In this document: positions 1 through 9,479 of the stretch, piece by piece | Layout of the letters: each line of letters opens with the position of its first letter | Numbering within the stretch: position 1 is the first letter of the stretch | Assembly: GCA_963745835.1 (NCBI GenBank) | Contig: CAVUZH010000016.1 | Location: 128,001-192,000, forward strand | Source of the DNA: an uncultured delta proteobacterium | GTDB lineage: Bacteria; Desulfobacterota; Binatia; UBA9968 | Direction of reading: 5' to 3' | Length of the DNA stretch: 64,000 bases | The notes under the pieces: model-generated | What the model was told of the DNA's origin: nothing | Database searches by the model: none | What the model saw: the letters and a program-made list of their open reading frames with translations, nothing else | Program-made: the position numbers and the translations under genes

Positions 1-238
1 CGCGCCGGAGAAGGCCTGGTTCTGATTCTTTCAGCGAAGATTGTCGTACCTCAGAGTCCTTCCCTCGAAGAATCCAGCCTTCAGATAATTGCCGGTTCAG
101 CCCATGTTATTATGCGCCGGTTAAAATCGAAGAGTTATCGGAATCGTATCTTCCGATCTTTGGAAAAGCTATGGACTTCAGTGCAACAATGATCAGGATC
201 GCCCCACGGGGCGTTGTGTCCGGCTCCTGCTCGGTCGA

Positions 239-1060
239 TTATTGCTGGCAAGAGGGGCAATAAAACGCGCTGCGATTACCGATTGCAACCCGCTTGATAA
301 AACTCGCGCAGGCTCTGCATTTTTCTCCTTCACGGTCGTAAACACGAAGGTAAGTTTGAAACTCGCCGCGTTCGTCGTCGGCAGTGCGATAATCTGAGAA
401 CGATGTGCCGCACCAACGAATCGCTTGCTGCAGCAAATCGGGAACCGCCTGCGCGATTGCGTATACCTGTTTCCGCGTCAGCCGACACGCCCGGATCGTC
501 GGCTTGATGCCGACACTGGCCAAGATCTCATTGGCATAGATATTTCCAAGCCCGCCGATGATTCGCTGGTCGAGCAATAAGTCCCGGATGCGCCGGTCAG
601 AAGAGCGCGTGTGGCGAAAAAGATATTCCCCCGTCAAATCGGGATCGAAGGGATCAATACCGAGCGAACTCAGCTGCGGCAGCTCGTGCAGAACCTGTTT
701 GCGTGTCACCAGAGTAAGGCCGAAACGACGCGGGTCATGATAACGCAGCTGCCCGCCACCCACCAGATGCACGATGATGTGATCGTGTTTGCGGCGGGGC
801 GCATCGGCTCCGATACAAATAAGCTTGCCCGACATACCGAGATGGAACACCCAGACCAAGCCCTCTGATAATGAAATCAGAATGTATTTAGCGGCGCGGC
901 GAATCTCATGTATCTTCTTGCCAGCGAGTCCTGTCAGAGCGGTCTCATCGACACGCACGCGCAAGCGCGGCTCCACTATTTCAACTCGCTTGATGATTCG
1001 TTGGACCAAATGAGGCCGCAAACTCCGGCATACAGTTTCGACTTCGGGCAGTTCAGGCAT
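239..1060 (-). CDS. mutM: Formamidopyrimidine-DNA glycosylase (Fpg)
   Basis: N-terminal MPELPEVE, HLGMSG, DPRRFG, GLGNIYANE and C-terminal zinc finger; start trimmed to the MPELPE ATG. Confidence 0.97.
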   Translation of the reverse strand: MPELPEVETVCRSLRPHLVQRIIKRVEIVEPRLRVRVDETALTGLAGKKIHEIRRAAKYILISLSEGLVWVFHLGMSGKLICIGADAPRRKHDHIIVHLVGGGQLRYHDPRRFGLTLVTRKQVLHELPQLSSLGIDPFDPDLTGEYLFRHTRSSDRRIRDLLLDQRIIGGLGNIYANEILASVGIKPTIRACRLTRKQVYAIAQAVPDLLQQAIRWCGTSFSDYRTADDERGEFQTYLRVYDREGEKCRACASFIKRVAIGNRSAFYCPSCQQ

Positions 1061-1065
1061 GGTAT

Positions 1066-1971
1066 TCAACAATCAATTTGCGGCGTGTAATGTTTCGCCA
1101 AGCGATCCACCGGTTGCGCTCTCAGTAGATGGCTCGACGCCAAAGCGTGCGTCAAATCTATAAAATTCTCAATGCTTAGTGTTTCGCCACGGCGCCGCGG
1201 ATCGATGTGCTGTGAGCGAAGAAACTCCTCAACCTCGTCTCTGCCCGACTTTAACCAGTTGCCCATGACATTGCCGAGAGTCTTGCGCCGTTGGCCAAAC
1301 GCCGCGCGCAGCAACCCGCGCAGTACCGTCATCTCCTCCGGGGACACGCGCGGTCGCGGGTAAAGTTCCATTTTAAGCACGGTGGACCGCACCTTCGGCT
1401 GGGGAAAAAACGCTTCCGGCGATACCTGCAACTTTTTCGTCACCTGCCCGTGAATCTGACACCAGACAGATAATGTCCCGTAGGTTTTTGTCCCGGGCGC
1501 GCTGGCGATTCGATCAGCGACTTCCTTCTGCACCATCAAGACAATCGAAGTAAAGTGATCCCGCAATTCAAGGGTCCTGAAAAGCACCGGCGTGGAAATG
1601 CTGTAAGGCAGATTGCCAATCAGCTTGATTTTTTGCTTCGGCAGTATTTCTGCCAGCGGCACGTTGAGGATGTCTCCAGAGATCAGGTGGAATTTTGGAT
1701 TTGCAAATAAATCGCTTTGTTGCAATCTCCGGGTCAGAAACGAATCCACCTCAACCGCCCACACTCCGGCCGCCCGGGCAACCAGACGACGGGTGAGGGC
1801 GCCAAGCCCCGGCCCGATCTCCAGCACCAGATCATCCATTTCGAGAGCCACAAGATCCAGGATGGCATCGAGCACATGCTCATGGACCAAAAAGTTCTGG
1901 CCCAGCCGTTTTCTCGGTCTGAAGTCGGACTCGCGCAACGCCGCGCGCACTTCCTCGTACAGGGTCGGCAT
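1066..1971 (-). CDS. rsmA: 16S rRNA m6,2A dimethyltransferase
   Basis: KRLGQNFL, LEIGPGLG, GNLPYSIS, QRRKTL motifs. Confidence 0.96.
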   Translation of the reverse strand: MPTLYEEVRAALRESDFRPRKRLGQNFLVHEHVLDAILDLVALEMDDLVLEIGPGLGALTRRLVARAAGVWAVEVDSFLTRRLQQSDLFANPKFHLISGDILNVPLAEILPKQKIKLIGNLPYSISTPVLFRTLELRDHFTSIVLMVQKEVADRIASAPGTKTYGTLSVWCQIHGQVTKKLQVSPEAFFPQPKVRSTVLKMELYPRPRVSPEEMTVLRGLLRAAFGQRRKTLGNVMGNWLKSGRDEVEEFLRSQHIDPRRRGETLSIENFIDLTHALASSHLLRAQPVDRLAKHYTPQIDC

Positions 1972-2016
1972 GATCTTATCAACCCGTCGCGGTTGGAGCC
2001 TGCAAAGTCAACCGAT

Positions 2017-3015
2017 CTACAAGGTTAGATCGGCGTCGGCATTAAGAGCGAAGTCGTCCCGGCGCCCTCGATTGATCCAGTGATGTCCGGTGAGCGCAAT
2101 CATCGCAGCATTGTCCGTGCAAAATTTCGCAGAAGGAAAGTAAACTTGCAAATTCTTAGTCGCCGCGCTCTCGTTGATCTTTTCGCGTAACCGGCTATTC
2201 GCCGCCACGCCGCCTGCCAGCACGATGCGGTTGACGTTGTGGGCAACGGCCGCGTTAACCGTCGGATTGATCAACATATCGACCACTGCTTCCTGAAAGC
2301 TCGCCGCGATGTCCGGCACGCGTGCCTTCCAAGCATGCTGATCTTGCGATTTAAGATATTGCAACACAGACGTTTTGATGCCGCTAAAGCTGAAATCGTA
2401 TGGGCTCTTTTTCAATCGTGCGCGTGGAAACCTGATCGCTTTACGGTCGCCGGTCTTGGCCAGATGGTCGATCACCCGCCCTCCCGGATAGCCGAGTCCC
2501 ATCATTTTTGCCACTTTGTCGTAAGCCTCGCCGGCAGCGTCATCACGGGTACCGCCTAAATAGAGGTACTCGCCGACGTCCTGTACACAGTAAAGTAGCG
2601 TGTGCCCGCCGGAAGCAAGCAGAGCCACGTAAGGGAACGACACTTCATGCTCCAGGTGAATCGCTAGCAGGTGTGCTTCAAGATGATTCACCCCGACATA
2701 AGGCATGCCCCAGCGAAACGCCATGCCTTTGGCCACCGACAAACCGACGAGAAGTGAGCCGACAAGTCCGGGGCCACGGGTCACCGCGATACCGCTCAGA
2801 TCTCTGACGCTAACACCGGCTTTGCCGAGCGCGCCATCAACGATAGGCAAGATATTGCGGAGGTGTTGGCGCGAGGCAAGCTCGGGCACGACGCCGCCAT
2901 AGGCGCCATGTATTTGGTCCTGTGACGAAACCAGGTTAGCTAGGATCGTCCTGCCATCGAGCAGCACCGCGGCCGCCGTGTCATCGCAGGAAGTTTCAAT
3001 ACCGAGAACTAGCAT
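2017..3015 (-). CDS. tsaD: tRNA N6-threonylcarbamoyltransferase subunit
   Basis: LGIETSCDDT, GGVVPELASR, NHLEAH, SGGHT, DNAAMIA. Confidence 0.97.
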   Translation of the reverse strand: MLVLGIETSCDDTAAAVLLDGRTILANLVSSQDQIHGAYGGVVPELASRQHLRNILPIVDGALGKAGVSVRDLSGIAVTRGPGLVGSLLVGLSVAKGMAFRWGMPYVGVNHLEAHLLAIHLEHEVSFPYVALLASGGHTLLYCVQDVGEYLYLGGTRDDAAGEAYDKVAKMMGLGYPGGRVIDHLAKTGDRKAIRFPRARLKKSPYDFSFSGIKTSVLQYLKSQDQHAWKARVPDIAASFQEAVVDMLINPTVNAAVAHNVNRIVLAGGVAANSRLREKINESAATKNLQVYFPSAKFCTDNAAMIALTGHHWINRGRRDDFALNADADLTL

Positions 3016-3027
3016 GTACGATAACCG

Positions 3028-3822
3028 TCAGCGCTGCGCGGGCCGGGTTTGCGACTGCTTGGGGGATAAAGCTTCCACTGCGGTGCGATTGTCGGGATTG
3101 ATCGCGAGAGCCTTGGCATAACTCTCTTCAGCGCGCTCAGTCATGCCGAGGGCGCGATAGTTTTCGCCTTCGAGCGCGTAGACCTCCGATAACCAAAACG
3201 GCTCGCCGCCGAGACGGGCCTCCGCAACCTCAAGAAAGTTAAGCGAGTCTTTGTAGCGCCTGAGACCAAATTGAGTTTTTGCCAATAAAAAGTGGCCGTA
3301 GGCGTTGGTAGAATCAAGCGCGATGGCGCGCTCCAAGCGACTCAGTGCCTTGGCGTACTCGCCGCTGTCTATCAGCTTTCGTGCTTCTTCGGACAAGCGC
3401 AGAGATGCGGCTCGCTGAGGTGGTGTTCCGGGGATGATCTTGGCTAAAAGTGAGCTGTCGTCAGCGATGGGCGGCTTTGGGGGCGCAAGAATCTCGGGAG
3501 TCGCAATCGGCGGCAGTGTCTCCTTTGAAGTCATTATAGAAGGCTGCACCTTTTCATTTGTCTTGAGATCTTGCTCGCGAATTTTCGGATCGGGGGGTAT
3601 GGGCCGACTGCTGGGCTCGGTGTCCGGTGAAGAAGTCGGCGGACTCGGCATTGGCGCTGGAATCGGCTGAGGCTTGGCCACAGCACCCGGAACAGGTCTG
3701 CGATAAGGCCGTTGGGGCGCACAGCTTTGGACAACCAAGGTGCACAGCGCAACGGCAATCGCGCTTGCCAAGCCGGGTCGCCATCTTTCGGACTGATTCA
3801 ATTTATTTGGGCCGAGCATCAT
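3028..3822 (-). CDS. TPR lipoprotein with Pro-rich linker, LpoP-like candidate PBP1B activator
   Basis: Lipobox-like VVQSC, long Pro-rich segment, C-terminal TPR-like helices; ATGA overlap with the PBP1B stop. Confidence 0.7.
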   Translation of the reverse strand: MMLGPNKLNQSERWRPGLASAIAVALCTLVVQSCAPQRPYRRPVPGAVAKPQPIPAPMPSPPTSSPDTEPSSRPIPPDPKIREQDLKTNEKVQPSIMTSKETLPPIATPEILAPPKPPIADDSSLLAKIIPGTPPQRAASLRLSEEARKLIDSGEYAKALSRLERAIALDSTNAYGHFLLAKTQFGLRRYKDSLNFLEVAEARLGGEPFWLSEVYALEGENYRALGMTERAEESYAKALAINPDNRTAVEALSPKQSQTRPAQR

Positions 3823-6134
3823 TCAAACCTAGGAGCTTGCACCTGCTCTCCCGGATGCAAAGCACAGGTGAGCGTCGGCTCATCTCCCTCGGCAAAAGCT
3901 TCACGGATCACAGATTTACAGCTTGGCGTAGCCAGTTGCCCGCTGATCGGATCGACATCGACAAACTTGATCCCTGGAGGCGGCACAAAATCCGTCACAG
4001 GAGTTCCGGCTGTCGCACGCATCATAAAATCCGTCCAGATTGGCAGCGCAGCCTGAGAGCCGGAGAGACCGAGTTTACTTTGGTTGTCGAATCCCACCCA
4101 AACTACGGTTAATAGATCAGGAGTGTAACCAACGAACCATGCATCTTTATAATCGTTGGTCGTTCCGGTCTTGCCGGCGGCGGGCCGCGTAAATCCGGCG
4201 CGCCGCGCGCTGTCCGCCGTACCTCGATCGAGCACGCCTTTGAGAAGATGATTTATCAAAAACGCCATCTGCGCCGAGACGACCTTTTCAACCCGGACGT
4301 CGCGTTTCTCCAGCACGCGCGCCTCAGGGTCAAGAACCTGTTTGACAGTCAATGGCCGCGTGCGAACGCCATTGTTGGCTAGAGTCGAGAACGCCACCGC
4401 CACTTCGAGCGGCGTCACTTCCGCTGCACCCAATGATAGTGACGGCACTGCCGGCAACGAGCTCTGAATACCTAGACGCTGCGCCAGATCGCGAACGCGC
4501 CGGATACCCACCTCGCGCGCGATCCGGGCGGTTGCCGAGTTGAGAGACTTCTCGAGAGCGCGTCGGAGCGTAACGGTACCAAAGAACTCGTCGTTGTAAT
4601 TACCAGGTTTCCACTCCTGCCGATCATATTCCCAGGTGAACGGCGAGTCATCCACCTTGGTCATCGCAGTAAACTTTCTACCGTTGTCAGCTCCGTACAT
4701 CAAAGCCGCCAGATAGACGAATGGCTTGAAGATCGAGCCCGGCTGGCGCTTGGCCTGAAAGACGCGATTGAACTGAGACTTCTGATAGTTGCGACCGCCG
4801 GCCATTGCCTTGATCTCTCCGGTTTGCGGTCGGATCACTACCACCGCTCCTTCGAGACTGTCGTCTTCGCCTCGTCGGCGCAACGCGGGATATTTTGCCT
4901 CCAAGCGTTTCAGGCCTTCCGACAGCGATCTTTCGGCGAGCTTCTGCAGATGCAAATCGAGGCTGGTAAAGATGCGCAATCCCTCTGTTGTCAGCACAGC
5001 ATTGGAATAATTTTCGGCTAACTCGCGTCGTAAAAAATCCACGTAATACGGAGCATCATTGGTGACTTTGATCAGCTGCCGATGCGGCAGTGTTTCGCGC
5101 ACCGAGGCATCATACTGCTGGGGTGAAATGATTTTGTCGGCGAGCAACTTCGCCAAAACCACGTTGCGTCGCTTAGTCGCCGCTTCCACGCTGCGATAGG
5201 GAGAGTAGTTATTGGGTCCGCGGATTAGTCCAGCGAGCAGCGCCATTTCACCAGTGCTCAACTCTGTCAGGGGTTTGGAGAAATAAAACTGGGAAGCCTC
5301 CCAGATGCCGTAAATTCCCTGGGAGCCCTTCTGCCCGAGATAAATTTCATTGAGGTAGTTCTCGAGGATTTCGGTCTTGGAGTAGTTGCGCTCAACGATG
5401 AGAGCCATAAAAGCCTCTTTCAGTTTGCGCGATAGAGTGCGTTCGCTGCCGAGAAAGAAATTCTTCACCAGTTGCTGCGTCAAAGTGCTGCCGCCTTGGA
5501 TCACTGCGCCGCTGCGAAAATTGACCCAGCTTGCGCGCATCAGCGCGACCGGATCCACTCCGAAGTGCCGGTAAAAACGTTCATCTTCGATGGCCAAAAT
5601 GGCCCGGACCAGTAGCGGCGGCACTTCCGGCAACTTAACCAGCCGTCGCTCTTGCCAAACCGTTTCATAGAGCCCGGTCACCAACTCGGGTTCGAGTTCA
5701 AGCGAAAAGAGTTCCTCCCCGCTGTCACCATTTTGCAGTTTGCCAACTGTGTTTCCTTGCAGAGAAATTCGAATCGGAACGCCTTTGAATGTCTCCGTTG
5801 GATAACTAAAATCGTGCAGATAAATGTCCAAAAGTCCGGACGATCGTTGAAAACGATACTCGCCCTTGCCGTCTGGCGCAGCTTTCGTTTCGTGATAGCC
5901 GAGGCGGCGCAATTTTTCGAGGATATCTTCCGTGCGAAGGCTCATGCCGGCATAGAGCAGGTATGAGTCAGAATAGATTTTCGAAGGAAAACGCCATTTC
6001 TGACCATCGAACTTGGCAGTAACGGTATCTTCCAGAGTCCTGAGATACCAGCTGCCAACGACGATCCCGCTCGATGTGATGAGAAGAAGAACGATTAGGG
6101 AAATGCTAAAGAAGCGAAGATTGGATTTGTTCAA
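3819..6134 (-). CDS. mrcB: Class A penicillin-binding protein 1B
   Basis: N-terminal TM, UB2H-like insert, EDERFYRH, GGSTLTQQLVKN, SIFK, SLN and KTG motifs. Confidence 0.92.
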   Translation of the reverse strand: MNKSNLRFFSISLIVLLLITSSGIVVGSWYLRTLEDTVTAKFDGQKWRFPSKIYSDSYLLYAGMSLRTEDILEKLRRLGYHETKAAPDGKGEYRFQRSSGLLDIYLHDFSYPTETFKGVPIRISLQGNTVGKLQNGDSGEELFSLELEPELVTGLYETVWQERRLVKLPEVPPLLVRAILAIEDERFYRHFGVDPVALMRASWVNFRSGAVIQGGSTLTQQLVKNFFLGSERTLSRKLKEAFMALIVERNYSKTEILENYLNEIYLGQKGSQGIYGIWEASQFYFSKPLTELSTGEMALLAGLIRGPNNYSPYRSVEAATKRRNVVLAKLLADKIISPQQYDASVRETLPHRQLIKVTNDAPYYVDFLRRELAENYSNAVLTTEGLRIFTSLDLHLQKLAERSLSEGLKRLEAKYPALRRRGEDDSLEGAVVVIRPQTGEIKAMAGGRNYQKSQFNRVFQAKRQPGSIFKPFVYLAALMYGADNGRKFTAMTKVDDSPFTWEYDRQEWKPGNYNDEFFGTVTLRRALEKSLNSATARIAREVGIRRVRDLAQRLGIQSSLPAVPSLSLGAAEVTPLEVAVAFSTLANNGVRTRPLTVKQVLDPEARVLEKRDVRVEKVVSAQMAFLINHLLKGVLDRGTADSARRAGFTRPAAGKTGTTNDYKDAWFVGYTPDLLTVVWVGFDNQSKLGLSGSQAALPIWTDFMMRATAGTPVTDFVPPPGIKFVDVDPISGQLATPSCKSVIREAFAEGDEPTLTCALHPGEQVQAPRFE

Positions 6135-6185
6135 ACGATAGACTCCGCAGACAGTTAATATTCACTCAGATCTGAGCAAAAATCA

Positions 6186-6226
6186 ACAAAAAGAGGGCCG
6201 GATGGCATTTCCACCCGACCCTCTTT
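6186..6226 (-). terminator. Intrinsic terminator after degP
   Basis: Minus-strand hairpin AGAGGGUCGGGUGG/CCAUCCGGCCCUCU followed by a U-rich tail. Confidence 0.7.
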
Positions 6227-6252
6227 AGTTTTGTCAGAATCTTTTTGAAGAC

Positions 6253-7752
6253 TCAGCCCTGCGGCCTTAATGCAAGAAACAGCGTGCTCTCACCGCGTCG
6301 GACCAGAAACAGCACTCCTTTGCCCTTACGAACGGTCGCGATAGACTTTTTGTATTCGTCCAGATTGCGAATCGGCTTGCGATCGATCTCGACGATGACA
6401 TCGCCGCGCCGAATCCCAGCTTCGTCGGCGGCGCTACCAGGTTCAACTGCTGAGACAACGATGCCCTCAGCTTTCTCCAAACCTAGGCTTTCGGCGATCT
6501 GCGGCGTCAGTCTTTGAACAGTTAGGCCCATTTCCCCTTTTTCCGGAGCGGAGGCCACGACTTCTTCGTCCTTGAGCTCGCCGACGGCTACGTTCAACGT
6601 AAGCTCTTTCTTATCGCGCAGAACCTTCATCCTGACCTTTTTATCGACTGCTGTGCGTGCCACTATGATCGGTAGCTCGCCTGAGTCTTTGATCTCTTTG
6701 CCGTCGAACTCAACGATAACGTCGCCTACCTTGACTCCGGACTTGTCCGCGGGTCCATCTTTGGAGACGTTGGCCACGAGTGCTCCTTGGCTCTTCTCCA
6801 TCCCCAGGCTTTCCGCCAATTCCGGCGTGACTTTCTGGATCAACACACCCAGGTATCCACGAGTCACTTTTCCTTTGCCGCGAAGCTGCGGCAAAAGTTC
6901 CTTCACCAAATTGACAGGTATCGCGAATCCAATACCGATATTTCCGCCAGTGCGACTGAAGATAGCGGTGTTGATCCCGATCACCTCGCCGCGCAAATTG
7001 ATCAGCGGCCCGCCGGAATTTCCTGGATTGATGGAGGCGTCAGTCTGGATGAAGTTGTCATAGGGTCCCTGACCGATATGCCGACCTTTGGCGCTGACGA
7101 TACCCGATGTTACCGTGCTATCCAGGCCAAAAGGATTGCCAATTGCCATCACCCACTCTCCGACCTCAAGGCCGTCAGAGTCGCCGAAGTTGGCTGGGGT
7201 AAGTTTTGTTTTCGCCTCGATCTTGATTACCGCAATGTCCGTCTTCGGATCACGGCCGATTACTTTGGCTTCGTACTCTTGTTCGTCGGCCAATTTAACG
7301 ACGATCTTCTGAGCGTTTTCGACGACGTGATTATTTGTAAGAATAGAACCATCGCCATCGATGATAAATCCCGACCCTAGGCTTCGCTGGCGCTGCGGGC
7401 CGCGAGGCATTGGACCGCCAAAAAATCGTCGCCAGAAGTCGTTGAACGGATCTTCCTCACCGAAGGGACTGCCGAACTCCTGCGGAGTCTGTTGACCGCG
7501 CGATTCGCTCACCTGAGTTGAGGATATGTTAACGACCACGGGTCGCAATTTTTTCGAAAGGGCGACGAAATCAGGCAACTGATTGGCGATTCTAATGTCG
7601 GAGCTTGCACCTTCTCCCATGTTGACGGCTCGGCTTGGCGCAAGCCAATCGAAGCTGCCGCTGATGGCGAGGCCGAGCAGTAGCGAAGCAATTGCAACAA
7701 CCGCAACGCCCTTAAATGTGAAGCTCCCGCTCCAGACCCTCTTGATGTCCAT
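6253..7752 (-). CDS. degP: DegP/DegQ (HtrA) periplasmic serine protease with two PDZ domains
   Basis: TNNHVV, DIAVIK, INPGNSGGP, two PDZ repeats; AGGAG RBS 6 nt before ATG 7752. Confidence 0.92.
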   Translation of the reverse strand: MDIKRVWSGSFTFKGVAVVAIASLLLGLAISGSFDWLAPSRAVNMGEGASSDIRIANQLPDFVALSKKLRPVVVNISSTQVSESRGQQTPQEFGSPFGEEDPFNDFWRRFFGGPMPRGPQRQRSLGSGFIIDGDGSILTNNHVVENAQKIVVKLADEQEYEAKVIGRDPKTDIAVIKIEAKTKLTPANFGDSDGLEVGEWVMAIGNPFGLDSTVTSGIVSAKGRHIGQGPYDNFIQTDASINPGNSGGPLINLRGEVIGINTAIFSRTGGNIGIGFAIPVNLVKELLPQLRGKGKVTRGYLGVLIQKVTPELAESLGMEKSQGALVANVSKDGPADKSGVKVGDVIVEFDGKEIKDSGELPIIVARTAVDKKVRMKVLRDKKELTLNVAVGELKDEEVVASAPEKGEMGLTVQRLTPQIAESLGLEKAEGIVVSAVEPGSAADEAGIRRGDVIVEIDRKPIRNLDEYKKSIATVRKGKGVLFLVRRGESTLFLALRPQG

Positions 7753-7761
7753 CAACTGCTC

Positions 7762-8196
7762 CTACTTCTTCTTTACCGCCTCGACGTATTTCATTCGAAG
7801 GTCAAAGAGAATGTCTTCTATCAATCGATCTTCCCCGGAATTTAAATTACCCCTGGTTTTTTCGCGTAACATGCCGATGATATCGATCATCTGCTTCGCC
7901 ACTAGACGGTCCGGTTCTATCTTCCCGGTCAGCGGATTGGCAATCTCGCCGAGATGCATGAGCGCTTGTGTGCTAAGGCTGATGACAAAGGTTGAGAAAT
8001 TGATCTCCGGCAATTGCCCTTGTTGCTCGTCGGCTTTGCCTGGCGCCAGTGAATCCTCGGCGACTTTCGTTTCGATGCTATCGACAGCATCTGTGGACGA
8101 CCCAGCGTCCTCCCGGCTGTCCCCTGTTTCAGAAAACCGCCGTCGATCTTGTACAGTGAACCCTTTGCCTTCTTTCTTTTCTTCCTCTCCGGCCAT
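7762..8196 (-). CDS. DUF1844 family protein
   Basis: FSTFVISL...ALMHLGE...AKQMIDIIGMLREKTRGNL pattern recognised as DUF1844. Confidence 0.8.
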   Translation of the reverse strand: MAGEEEKKEGKGFTVQDRRRFSETGDSREDAGSSTDAVDSIETKVAEDSLAPGKADEQQGQLPEINFSTFVISLSTQALMHLGEIANPLTGKIEPDRLVAKQMIDIIGMLREKTRGNLNSGEDRLIEDILFDLRMKYVEAVKKK

Positions 8197-8216
8197 GGCT
8201 ACCCTCTTCGAAAGAG

Positions 8217-8262
8217 AAAAAAAGCCTGGGAACTTTGTACCGCACGTAACGAGTTCCCAGGC
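8217..8262 (-). terminator. Intrinsic terminator or attenuator upstream of DUF1844-degP
   Basis: 11-bp inverted repeat GCCTGGGAACT/AGTTCCCAGGC followed by U7 on the minus strand. Confidence 0.8.
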
Positions 8263-8338
8263 ACTCTCGTGTTAAGTGACCTGTATTTGATCATTCAAAG
8301 GGCGTTAAATAATCACCTGAAGCGATCATCCAGGTGCT

Positions 8339-9394
8339 CTATCCTCCCATTAATTCAGGCGAAATCTCAGGAGGAACTCTAATCCCTGCCCCCTGGCTTG
8401 TCAAGGTAACGAGCCGTTCCCAGCGCTCAAGTTGTCGGATGACTTCTGCCGGTGTCAAAGCCGCTAAACAATCACGATGGCGGCAGCTTTTCATCGCCGA
8501 AACAGCGCATGGAGAGCACGGCACCTGATGTCTGAGTACCAAGACAGTCTTTCCTCGTGGTGCCCACGTATTAACACTGGAAGGACCAAAAACAGCCGCT
8601 GTGGGAACTCCAAGAGCTGCAGCGATATGAGAAATACCGCTGTCATTGCCGACGTACAGACTGCAGCGCGCAATCGTTGCCGCCAGACGCCCCAAGGTGA
8701 TGCCGCGTATCGCTAGCCCATGATGACACAAAGATTCATAGCCTCCGCGCTCGTCTTCCACCGGTCCAAGAATCGTGATTACGCTGCCGCCAATCCGCTC
8801 TCGCCACCACCGAGCGATCACCTCAAATGAGATCAACGGCCAGTTTTTTTCACGCGCGCCGCTTCCCGGAGCGATGGCGAGCACGGGTTTCGATTTGAGG
8901 GACTTTTCAGCCCAGTAAACTTCTGCCCACTGGTCAGCATCCCGCGTCAGGGGAATGTGAGGCGTGCTCGGAACCAAATCGGCTTGAAGACACGAGAGGT
9001 AATAATCCGCCTGGTGCATCTGCGAGTTACTCGCACTGAATTGAAATATTCGGAGCCGGCCCTGAGTAGCCGTGTGAAGTTCCTGCTTATAGGTCGAATC
9101 TCCACTGCCCATCCAAGAATAAGTACAGCGGTAGGTTTCGAAAAAGCGCCGCACCTTGTCATCACTACCTCCTCCCGAGACAAATAGCTGGCGAATTTCA
9201 AAGCGCTCCAGCGATCCGACCTTTACGCGCGCCGGGACGAGCTCAGAAAGTTCGGTCCGCGTTAGCAAATCGATCGACATTCGTTCAGCAAGAAATTGGA
9301 GAGTCGGTAAGAAGCAAACGAAGTCTCCTAAGGCCCCGGGAAACAGAATTAGCGCTCGTCGATTGATCACTTCAATAATGCGCTCCCTTTGCAT
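8339..9394 (-). CDS. Glycosyltransferase family 9 (LPS heptosyltransferase-like)
   Basis: GALGD, PGSG...KNWP, GNDSGISHIAAALG, FGPS; start uncertain (GTG 9370 possible). Confidence 0.9.
   Translation of the reverse strand: MQRERIIEVINRRALILFPGALGDFVCFLPTLQFLAERMSIDLLTRTELSELVPARVKVGSLERFEIRQLFVSGGGSDDKVRRFFETYRCTYSWMGSGDSTYKQELHTATQGRLRIFQFSASNSQMHQADYYLSCLQADLVPSTPHIPLTRDADQWAEVYWAEKSLKSKPVLAIAPGSGAREKNWPLISFEVIARWWRERIGGSVITILGPVEDERGGYESLCHHGLAIRGITLGRLAATIARCSLYVGNDSGISHIAAALGVPTAAVFGPSSVNTWAPRGKTVLVLRHQVPCSPCAVSAMKSCRHRDCLAALTPAEVIRQLERWERLVTLTSQGAGIRVPPEISPELMGG
8376..8404 (-). promoter_or_regulatory. Putative sigma70 promoter
   Basis: TTGACA-17 nt-TAGAGT on the minus strand, inside the 3' end of the GT9 gene. 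Confidence 0.55.
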
Positions 9395-9398
9395 TTAA

Positions 9399-9427
9399 TT
9401 GACTTTAATTTGGCAAGTATATAGCAT
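9399..9427 (+). promoter_or_regulatory. Putative sigma70 promoter of cysK-larE
   Basis: TTGACT-17 nt-TAGCAT. Confidence 0.5.
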
Positions 9428-9479
9428 ACGGGCAAAATCTTTTCGAATTTCGTTCCCGCTTAGGAAGTCGAGCACACCA

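Noticed and set aside
1-238. Two plus-strand frames open from the window edge (to 192 and 262)
   Set aside because: No recognisable motif and truncated by the edge; cannot tell which, if either, is coding
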